DNA of 14,339 nucleotides, from positions 1 to 14,339 of the forward strand of contig JBHGNT010000877.1 of assembly GCA_043228905.1 (NCBI GenBank), read 5' to 3'. Shown here piece after piece: positions 1 to 8,768 of this stretch. A program made the position numbers and the translations under genes. Positions within the stretch are counted from its first letter, which is position 1. Every line of letters begins with the position of its first letter. The notes beneath the pieces were generated by a model. The model did no database searches. It saw only the letters and a list, made by a program, of their open reading frames with translations, and was not told the origin of the DNA. Origin of the DNA: Azolla caroliniana. Taxonomy: Eukaryota; Plantae; Polypodiophyta.

Positions 1-760
1 AGCTTGTCAAAACCCCATAACCTAGTTATATGCACATGCCTTTCACAAAAACCCAGGTCTAGAAATGTGCACCTCTTTCTTACAAGCTTGAAGCCTTTGT
101 GAAATCCATTGAAGTATTGGTTTCCAATGACGCATGCATCCTACTGCATTTTAATAGCTTTATTGTTGAATTTACAAAGCGGCTCATAACATTGTTTGTC
201 AATTGATATAGGAGGTTAAGATTCAAGACCTCCAAAAGAGGAAAATAAACCATGATTAGAGTGTGGATGAAAATAAATGCCTCACATAGGTTGAAATTTA
301 CTTATATTGCCGTTGGCCCCATTTGTTTATGTTGAGGTCCTTCATCATTGCATTTAATGGCTTGCTTCACCTTTAATCAGTTCAAAAATAAATTATTGTT
401 AATTACTTCTTCTTCTTTTTTCAAAATGAAGCTACTTTCCCATTACTTAGGAAGGATTATTACAAAGAGACTACACAAGGAGGCTTATACACAAATCAAG
501 GAATCTCCCTTTGATCAATATTTGTTAATTACTTAATTAATAATGTAGCAATACTAGTTGTCATTAATATCATCTCCAAAGTGGAATGGGGTTGGTAGAG
601 GTGATGCCAATTTTCATGTTTGGTGCTTGTTCCTCGCTTACTGTGAAAGTTAGGGCACCAAATGGTTGTCTTATGCTTTAGAAGTACTACAAAAAAGTGA
701 TACAAACTCCGATTTCTTGGTGCGAAGAAGGCCTTTAATTCCATAATGGCATTAAATCCT
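1..760 (-). mobile_element. Decayed non-LTR (L1-like LINE) ORF2/reverse transcriptase relic
   Basis: Minus-strand pieces appear in the expected RT order, with frameshifts and stops: KDLNINK..G.NG (cf. KxPGPDG), NHGLFS (cf. NxGLIxLIPK), PISIDKQCYEPLCK (cf. RPISLxNxxYKxxxK), VIGNQYFNGFHKG (cf. QxGFxxGR), and a DFxKA-like remnant at the window edge. Boundaries approximate. Confidence 0.5.
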
Positions 761-859
761 AGTGGAATGTTACACTCTTAATGCACTAATTTAATGCAAT
801 TGATTCAGTCGATATGTTCTCTGTTGCCTTGTGTCACACCCATACAAAACAAATAGATG

Positions 860-1070
860 TGAAAAGATTAAACACCACCTGTGAATTAAAAGACAAGGTA
901 TTGCAATAAGTGAGAATATTATAACTACTATGTTGTACATTGGTAGTTTGTGACTCTACAAAGGAAGCTTGAAAAATAATTGAGTCCATCTTGACAGAAC
1001 TACAAGACACAAACATTGTACATACAAAGTGGGAACTATCTTCAGAATTCCACAACCAGTTGATGCTCAT
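860..1070 (+). mobile_element. Decayed Ty1/copia gag (UBN2-like) fragment
   Basis: Frameshifted translation ELKDK..LAISENII...IGS/CDSTKEA*KIIESIL...NIVHTKWEL resembles the copia gag pattern KKDxxA..LxISDxII..I..CxxAKEAWxxLE. The W appears as a TGA stop. Confidence 0.45.
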
Positions 1071-2340
1071 ATTTGTGTAGAGGTTGATTATTTAATTGGT
1101 CACCTCCGAATTGAAACCATTTTCTTGTCAACGAGTTGTGGAATTGACTCAAATTCATTAATCTTCAAAGTAAAATAGGACATTTTCAACAATCTAAAAT
1201 TTGTACTTGGCTAGTATAATTAGATATGTGCCTTTCATGCCCATAATTGCAAGCATATCGGTGCTTAACGTTTTCCATGGATTATTATCTCTCCCCAAAC
1301 CCATGTGTGATCCCATTTACACTTAATTGAATTCTAATGCTCAAATTCCAAACTTGTTTAATTTTTTATCTTTAATATGATAGACAACATAGTTAATATA
1401 CCACTAGCAGGATTCGTCATTGACATGTAAGGGATGAAAAACTTCAAGATGGGATTGGCTAAAAGATCATCACAAACTTGAGGAAGCCAATAGTAACACA
1501 CCTTTTATGTGGCCCAATCAATGCCTTGAATCAAAACCTAAGGAGTCTAGATGTGATGGACAATGATGCACAAACCTTGACTCCATGACTTTTATGAATG
1601 GCAAGTTACTCGAGTCACACACTCTCACATGTGAGATGTTTCCCTATTTTTTTGCAAACACAATTATAGTAAAGTAAATAGGTTTTCAATGTCAAGGCCG
1701 TACTTCACAGGTACATATCCTTGAGCAATATTTTGTACAAAGTGAAATGAAAACATTCATATTTAATTGGAAGGCATGATCACACAATGAAATTTCTATG
1801 AGGATTTTTCAAATGAGGTAGTAAGCTATATAGACACAATCATCGTGGAGGAGTAGGGCTACAATTGTGAGTAGGCTACGGTTGTGTGATACAAACCTAG
1901 TTAAGGTGTGAGTGTGTTTTTAAGTGGAAAAGGATAGGTAGACAGACATACCTACAACAACAAATATCGAAACTTTTGAGGGAATAAGAAAGCAATGGAA
2001 CACGTGTTCCCATCTCTCTTATGGTCGATGATTTTATGTTATGTGCATACAAAGATTCCCATGGGGGGCTTCACGACAAGTTTGACGCCTCGTTCTATAC
2101 CCTAGAGTTTTCTATAAAGAAAAACTAATAGACAGGTGAAAGAAAATTGGATATATTTCGTCAGAGAATCGTTGAAGCCATAACTTTATTTACCGCAACA
2201 AGTGGTGCTACATGAACATAATATTTTCAGCTAGGCACCAGTCGTGCATCATTATCTAAAACAAGGAAAAAGTTCATGGCTCAAAACCCAAATCTGAATG
2301 CAAGAAGAACACTAATGGCACGTTTTTAAATTTGATTTTC

Positions 2341-3110
2341 CGGAGATTCACGAGCCACCGCCGAGCCTACAAAAAAAAGACAGTGTCCAGACAGGGGCAT
2401 GATCATATATAAGTCTGAGCCATCTCCTGGAGAAATGAAGAGCTCCTGACAGGAGGCCGACAAAAGCACAAGGCACGGGACGGGTTTCATGGCAAGAAGA
2501 ATCACGACACCGTTGGGCGCCATTTTCTCGTGACCATGTCACCGAGTGGCCGGGAGTCCGAACCTAAGGGAGAATACCGAACCAAAAAGGGAAGCAGAAA
2601 TTTGAGAGTCTCATAAATTCCCCGAACCTAACCGAGCCCGAACCTAAGACGCGGACCGAAGCAAAGGCAAGGCGAAGGCGACACTTCTATTCTATAAGTC
2701 TGTGTATGTATTATTTGTATGTTATTGAATCCCGAACTGTATCGCGAGCCCGAGCCTGAATCCGAACCTAAAGAAGAAGAACCGAACCGAAAACAAGAAA
2801 CGCGACCCAGGCGACGCACAGAACTGTGTCGCGAGCCCGAGCCTGAATTACACAGAAGTGCGGGTATGTATGTTATTGAAACCCGAACTGTGTCGCGAGG
2901 CCGAGCCTGAAACCGAACCTAAAGAGGAAGAACCGAACCGAAAACAAGAAACGCGACCATGCGATCGATGCACGAGAGTTCCTTTCGATTTTCCTTCGCT
3001 GAGGGATGTCTGAGAAGACGACCATGTGGTGCTCCCACGGGACGAGCAGAAGAAGCTTCCATGGTCGCTGCACAGAAACTCAGTCGGGAAATTAGGGTTC
3101 CCTCCCTGCG
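2341..3110 (+). promoter_or_regulatory. CpG/GC-rich promoter and 5' leader region of the SKIP8-like gene
   Basis: Visibly dense in CG dinucleotides compared with the CpG-poor flanks. About 15 CCGA(A/G)C motifs, TATA-like tataag near 2408 and 2693, and telo-box-like ttagggttc near 3092. Lies directly upstream of the ATG. Confidence 0.55.
2716..2958. repeat. 92-bp direct duplication (2716..2807 and 2867..2958) with a third partial copy (2821..2848)
   Basis: The copies align at offset 151 with 5 mismatches and no gaps. gaactgt(a/g)tcgcgag(c/g)ccgagcctgaa occurs three times. Confidence 0.95.
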
Positions 3111-3278
3111 ATGGGAGCTTTCTCTGTTCTGGCCCCCTCTGCCATATCTGTCCCCGTCTTCTTCCTCGTCTACCTCCTCGTGAGAAACCGAAGGAACTTA
3201 TTCTTGAAGCCCGATATTCCACACTCCCCTGAAGTAAAGATCTCAGAAGAAGCGGACGATTTTCAGCTTCAGAAACAG
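3111..3278 (+). CDS. SKIP8: SKIP8-like exon 1 (56 codons; hydrophobic signal-anchor-like segment followed by RNRR)
   Basis: ATG at 3111 (gcgATGg). MGAFSVLAPSAISVPVFFLVYLLVRNRRN...FQLQKQ ends at CAG|gtattt (GT 3279-3280), phase 0, which matches the phase-0 acceptor at 4053-4054. Less conserved than the other exons, so less certain. Confidence 0.7.
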
Positions 3279-6200
3279 GTATTTTCCTTCTCTTCTTCTT
3301 CTTCTTCATCATCATCATCATCATCATCATTTTGTTTCCCTTTTTCTTTTACACTTTCTCCTTGCTACGCCTACAGAAACAGGAAGTTTCTTCTTCATCG
3401 ATCAGATTATATCTTTTTTTCTCCCCCGCTTCTTCTTTCTCATTCTTTCAGCTTCAGAAACATGTATTTCCTTATTTTCTTTTGTATGGATGTATCTTTT
3501 GACAGTTTAGAACTCCCCGAAACAGACATTATTTCGTTCCCTTTCTTCTTCCCCCTTCTCGGTCTATAACTTACACTTCGTAGTTCAAAGATTTTGTTTA
3601 GGGGATATTTATTCTGTTTGTATTCGTCTTCATCCTCTTAGATGTCTTTCTATTTTACTTCGTCCTTGTTCAGGTTCAAAGCGAGTATCTTCGTGTTCTT
3701 CAGTTTTCTCTGTCAAGAGCTTTGGAAAGAAGTATATTATTTCTGTTTTCTTCATCATCCTCATCCTCATCTCCGTCTGATTTATTTCTATTTCTCCTTC
3801 TTCTTCCTTTTTTCCTCGTGTTGACAAGTTTCTTTTTCACTGTCTAGAGCTTCAGAAAGAGGTATATTGTTCTCGTTCTTCTTACTTTTTACAGTCCTGA
3901 GATTCAGAGAGGCATTTTTTTTAATTATCAAGATCGTTTTCATTATCATCATCACCATCTTCTTCATCTTGTCCTTTTTCCTGCCTAGAACTTCTTTTCC
4001 ATAATTATGTTCATTATTCTTCATTTTCATTTTCACTTTCTTCCTTCTTTGCAGTCTGGAGCTTCCATTATGGAGCAGCTTGTACCAGAGATAACACAAC
4101 ACATGCTTAGTTACCTAGATTATCGAAGTCTTTGCAATGTTTCCATGACAAATTCTTGCATGAGTGGAGTAGCTAATGACGATAGCATATGGAAGGCGTT
4201 ATTTCACAAGGTACATTTTGCTTTGTGTATGTATGAGAGAGGTTAAAATCCATTGGAGGCTACCCAAAGAGACAAATACAAGTAGCTTCTGATCTGATTG
4301 TCCATGCTGGAAAATAAACGATACCAGGTCTCCTAAAAATTAATGACAATGAACTCATTGTATAAGATGGGTTTGCCATTCACAGTGATTCTTGGGGTAG
4401 TATTACAAGCATGAATTGCATAACGAGTATGTATGTGAAGAGTAATGATAAGGGGACACATTGTTCAAACTTCAGATTGGTTTTAATGGAGATGAAATGA
4501 TGGAGCATTTATCTGTGTTTAGGTAACTATGGGAAACTCAGAGATGGTTGAAGGGTACATGGACCATGTAGCTTTGTACTCTTGGTCTCCATTGCTGTGA
4601 ATGTGATTCTCTGCCCACTTGAATGCATGGGTGTATGTAATGTGTTGCGTGAGAGGCAGAGGTGCCAATGAAAGATAGCTGCCTCAACGTTTTTAACAAC
4701 AGAGGAATATGTGTTTTGGAAATTGGAATGCCTCCCTTATGATGCTGTTAGGCATGATTTTTAGAGTCTCATACAAAGTTGTACTTAGCTTTCAAGAACT
4801 TCTAACTAGAAAGTAAACTATCACCAGTGATGTTTGCATTACTTGACCAGGAAAAAATTAATAAAAGATCAGAACATCGAAATTTGATATCTAGCTTGGT
4901 GGTTCTTTATTTCAGCTTATACATTTTCTTTTCCTTATACCATTCTAAAAGCCCTTGCATACATGGTTAGGAAAAATTCTTTGTAATGGTTGCTAGTCCC
5001 ATCTGTCTTCTTAAGCACAGGAGTGTCCTTAAGTCTTAAGAAATTACGTGAACAATATGTGGCTCCACCCTCCTTTCCAGCAAGGGAGATGTATCTTGTA
5101 ACACTCTCTGCTATAGGTCATTTCTTCCTCTTGATGACCTTAAAAATCATCTCTCTCTCTCTCTCTCTTTGCATTGATATTTTTTCCCTCATTTGAACAT
5201 GATCTCTTTGTTTTTCGTGGTTTAGGCTGTACTTTTTGTTCTTTTTCTGTAGATTTATTTCCTAGACATGATTTTTTTATTGTTCCTCTTTGTTTTAGAT
5301 AATCTAGGATTTTGGGGTTTCTGATATATTGTGATGTTCTTTCTCCATTTTACTGTGCTATCTAACAAGTGATCAAAGACCTACATCCGAGGACCTCATA
5401 GTCTTTGGAACACATACAGTAACTAGGAGATCCTCTCCTTGCCAAGCCAATAAAATCAATGGAACCTTCAAGATTAAATGAGGGGTTCTGATTATGTTCT
5501 TTTCCCTCCAAGAGTGGCAAATTTATTGCGAGGAGTAAAACGAGGAATTGCCCCATGGGTACTCAACACAGGCTTGAGCTTCCAGAACTAAAATATGCTG
5601 CTATGCTCAGCTAGAGGAAAAGTGAAATGCCTACTTTGTGTGTAGGAAACAATAGCAGAAAAACAGAAGAAAGGCCACTCAAAATACCATCATCCTTGCA
5701 AATGAAATAGGATGACTACAAGGAATGAAGAGTTGGGAACCCAACCCGTTCATGTGCACAGGTCACGAAGCAAAGGAATTTACAATGGAACATATATGAC
5801 ATGCATGGTTGAGCTTAGATGAAATGCGGTTGGTTTTCCTGTACAAGCATGATGATTGGAAACCTTGAGCAAGCATGTCGGAGCTCATTGCATCCAACCC
5901 AAATCTTAAAGGGCAGATTGAGTTCAGGAAGATATTCCAATTCCTTGAGTTTGAAGAAGCAATAAAGGACATGCAAGAATATCTCTAGGAATATCGGCCT
6001 TTGAGGGCTGCATGTGCTGAACGGTGAATTTATAACGAGTATACAACGAATGACCAAAACTAAACCCTAAACTGTGGAAGGAGGTTCCCCCAAGAGAGGA
6101 TCTTTGCTGGTGGCATTCGGTGTCATGCTCACTGTATGGTAAGGATGTTCAGAGAGGGATTATCATTAAAAGGGAGTGGACTCGTAGCCTGCTCACTGGA

Positions 6201-8437
6201 TGGTAAGAATATCCAGAGAGGGTTTATCATTGAAAGGGAGTGCATCCTTAGAACACTCACTGGATGGCAAGGTTATTCAGAGAGGGTTTATCATTAAAAC
6301 GGATGGCACTCTTTGCCTGCCCATTTATACCTCAGTTTAGTGTTTAAGTGATGTTATTTAGCTCCCGACCTAATATTGTGATTTTATGTCTCAATACTGT
6401 GACTTTTTATTATTGTAATATTGTGACTCTATATGTCACAGTATTATGTATAGATGCACACACCTGGGATTGGTGTGTGCTCCTCTTGCTTATTTACTAC
6501 TAGCCCTCTAACCGTTTCTCAATGGCCATGCAATGTTGTCTGGCTTGATTTCAAGAGTTCTGGGGGAGGAATTAAGAATAAAATGATTATTAAATAATGT
6601 CGTAAAAGAACAAAGTAACACCACCATTTTTTTAATAGAGGGGTGTTTTAAAGCTCAAAACAAAGTATAGAAGGATGTATAGAGGGTATTGAATGTGTCC
6701 TATCTTTTCAATTTCTTGAGGTTTGAACCATCGTGCAACAGAAGAATCGCGCCTTATGTCGGAGAATTTTACGGACTTTTTATGTTACTTCTGGGAAACA
6801 GGCACCAATTCAACCTTGGTGGGGCATCAGTTAGACAAATTTGTGTAAGTTATAAAAATGATCTGATCAGCTAACCCCACTAATATGAAATGGAAGGAGG
6901 AAGTTGACCAACATGTATAGAGGAATGTGTGGTTGCTACTTCTCTTCTGAATATCCATTATCTTTGGCGATGGCTGTGACCTTGACTTATGTAATCTTGT
7001 ACAAGAGAAAAAAAGATCTAGCATGAGAATTATCCTCGAAAAGAGTATCAATTAAAAATAGTAATAAGATGATATAGAAAGAATGGTTCACACACAAGAT
7101 TTACTATTTTTGTGATGCATGGTTATTTAGGAATAGCAATTAGGGCATTCCTAGACTCCTAAAGGAAATAATTAAGGGTTTAGAGGGATTGTGAGTCTCT
7201 CCATTGAACACAGGAGGGTGAGGCATCATTACCGACACCTTGGTTGGAAACAATGAGAAAACATAAACAATAGTCTATTTTAAATTCACAAGCATTCGTG
7301 AGTTATCTAATATATATATGATGCACTCATATTTACTTATATCAAAATAGTTAAAACATCCTACCAAACACATACATATATATGTGGTATATGTATATTT
7401 GTGTGATACATCACATACTATACACTGAGTCAGATTCCTAGATTGTTCTCTTCATATTCCATTGCTTATCTAGTAACTATTGCTAGAAGCAAAGACAAAA
7501 CATGAAGAATTGAACCAACCATAGTAAGATATACAACAATGCCTAAATGGAGAACCTGGAGAAAGTTATAAAAATAAGCTTTAATTTTTTCCACCTGGAA
7601 ACCGACTGGGGCAATTTGACTTTATACATATATTATAATGGTTAATTATTGATAGGATATATTTTATATTTATGTACTGTTGACTTGAGTCCCAAGGAAA
7701 TCAATTGGTTTTAGTCATACTTGTTCGTCAGGTGAGAAGAAAAAGACACTTCCAACACTTGTTTTTCTGTATATGTTCTTATGCAGGACTTCACTGTAGA
7801 ACAGAGCTGTGTACTGACACCAGATGGCTGGAAAGCTCACTATGCTGTCACCAAAGCTGTGCTAGAAGCTGATAGAAATTTCTACAAGTATTTTCAAATG
7901 AAGTCCATAAAGGGAATGAATCGACTTTGGTTGAATTCAGACTACATCAAATGTATACATCCAAATGGGGAACTTCTATGCGGGTAGAAAAGATAACAAA
8001 ATAATTATTATAGAGAAGATTATCACCAATCTAATTTAGTGTGAAACACTACATTTTCAGAACTTTTTTGGTTTTTTCTCAGTATACCCTTAAATTACCC
8101 AAAGTTGCCAGAGTTAGGGGTAATTTGGTGTGATCCCTCATTTTAATCATATCTAATTTTATTTGGTGATGTTAAATTTAGGTATGATGCTGTCATGCAA
8201 CAATGGCGCACTATATTTAGCTTGAATCAAAGATTTGAGTTTGAACTTCAGGATGAGCGAGTTCGGGTCGTTGGAAAAATGGCCTGGATAACAGTAAAAG
8301 AATTTATTAATTCATCTACAGAACCATTGTTGACTACAAATGTGTTTGAATACCATTGTGACCATTGGTTCATGGTTCATCATCATAGTTCTCTACTATT
8401 GGAAGGAGGAAACATTTTTGGACCTTTGGCTAACTGA
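3111..8437 (+). CDS. SKIP8: F-box protein SKIP8-like (F-box + SnoaL-like/NTF2-fold domain); spliced CDS join(3111..3278,4055..4210,7787..7983,8182..8437), 777 nt, 258 aa
   Basis: The spliced translation ...SGASIMEQLVPEITQHMLSYLDYRSLCNVSMTNS...WKALFHK|DFTVEQ...GWKAHYAVT...LWLNSDYIKCIHPNGELLC-G|YDAVMQQW...MAWITVK...TNVFEYHCDHWFMVHHHSS matches the plant SKIP8 family as I recall it. All three introns are GT..AG with compatible phases (0, 0, 2). Confidence 0.92.
3261..4066 (+). repeat. Degenerate repeat array forming SKIP8 intron 1 (core c(a/t)g-tctagag-cttcagaaa(c/g)ag-gtat separated by pyrimidine-rich spacers)
   Basis: Core variants at ~3267, 3371, 3452, 3503-3525, 3674, 3710-3731, 3840-3861, 3892-3911, 3981 and 4052. 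Confidence 0.75.
3291..3329. repeat. Compound trinucleotide SSR (TCT)5(TCA)8 at the start of intron 1
   Basis: Read directly from the sequence. Confidence 0.95.
4055..4210 (+). CDS. SKIP8: SKIP8-like exon 2 (F-box domain)
   Basis: Polypyrimidine tract plus tttgcag| acceptor. Encodes SGASIMEQLVPEITQHMLSYLDYRSLCNVSMTNSCMSGVANDDSIWKALFHK. Donor AAG|gtacat. An internal ATG at 4070 is a possible alternative start. Confidence 0.95.
4400..4760 (+). mobile_element. Decayed RTE-like LINE reverse transcriptase C-terminal relic in intron 2
   Basis: IGFNGDEMMEHLSVFR*L (cf. I.lnG..iE.V..FKYLG) followed by CNVLRERQ/VPMK (cf. SGVLCDKRVPLKLK), in the correct order but frameshifted. Boundaries approximate. 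Confidence 0.4.
5494..6063 (+). pseudogene. Putative decayed ORF of unknown (probably TE-borne) origin in intron 2
   Basis: A single frame from ATG 5494 to TAA 6061-6063 (190 codons) reads protein-like (e.g. EFRKIFQFLEFEEAIKDMQEYL). It has 9 internal stops (6 TGA, 2 TAG, 1 TAA), which can be read as C>T decay of CGA/CAG/CAA codons. No family recognised. Confidence 0.4.
6126..6325. repeat. Tandem repeat, 3 x 64 bp plus a partial fourth unit
   Basis: Units start at 6126, 6190, 6254 and 6318. Consensus ctcactggatggtaagga.attcagagagggtttatcattaaaagggagtg. Confidence 0.93.
7787..7983 (+). CDS. SKIP8: SKIP8-like exon 3 (N-terminal half of SnoaL-like domain)
   Basis: Acceptor ttcttatgcag|. Encodes DFTVEQSCVLTPDGWKAHYAVTKAVLEADRNFY...LWLNSDYIKCIHPNGELLC+GG. 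Donor |gtagaa, phase 2. Confidence 0.95.
8182..8437 (+). CDS. SKIP8: SKIP8-like exon 4 (C-terminal half of SnoaL-like domain, stop TGA)
   Basis: Acceptor aatttag|G completes the Gly codon. Encodes YDAVMQQWRTIF...RVRVVGKMAWITVKE...TNVFEYHCDHWFMVHHHSSLLLEGGNIFGPLAN*. Confidence 0.95.
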
Positions 8438-8762
8438 GTAACTGACATCTTTCAGTTTTGTAAGAAGGGTTTTTTGACTGATTATTTGTATAGAATACAA
8501 TCACAAGTTTCTTTTGTCTGCTGTGTACTTTGTTAACAGCATGCGAATTTTCGACAAGCATGGAGGGTTGTGTATCATTTACTTTTATTTTTGTCAAGAG
8601 GAAAGGAGATTTTGCATTTGCTTTCCTCTTCCCTTGCTTCCCATGATTGTAATGGCCATTGTTTGATGGTCCATCATTCAGTTCTCTATAATTGGAGGGA
8701 GAGAAGCTAGATCTTAAACCTTTCATTCAGTGGAGTAATCCAGTGGGACTGATATTTTGAAG

Positions 8763-8768
8763 AATAAA
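8763..8768 (+). terminator. Candidate polyadenylation signal AATAAA of the SKIP8-like gene
   Basis: AATAAA about 325 nt after the stop, following a T-rich 3' UTR-like stretch. Plant signals are loose. Confidence 0.3.

Noticed and set aside
2370-2460. Short palindromes plus an A8 tract suggesting a minus-strand Pol III small RNA
   Set aside because: No tRNA cloverleaf, A/B boxes or snRNA/snoRNA motifs recognised. The stems are only 4-6 bp.
2719-2910. ORF with EPEPE repeats
   Set aside because: Produced by the CCGAAC/CCGAGC repeats. The second 92-bp copy is offset by 151 nt, which is not a multiple of 3, so the frame is not preserved.
2848-3330. 160-aa minus-strand ORF starting MMMMMMMMKKKKK
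   Set aside because: It starts in the (TCT)/(TCA) SSR and is an antisense shadow of the GC-rich promoter and exon 1. No recognisable domain.
3279-4102. Hydrophobic or Lys/Met-rich ORFs (read-through of 3111..3569, 3642..3824, 3630..3827, 3788..4102)
   Set aside because: Artefacts of a pyrimidine-rich low-complexity intron that contains few stops.
5362-5382. aaca-agtgatcaaagacc as an LTR end plus tRNA-Met primer-binding site
   Set aside because: Too many differences from TGGTATCAGAGC, and no matching LTR found.
6126-6325. Regularly spaced repeats considered as CRISPR-like
   Set aside because: Whole 64-bp units are similar, with no unique spacers. The context is eukaryotic, with no cas genes.
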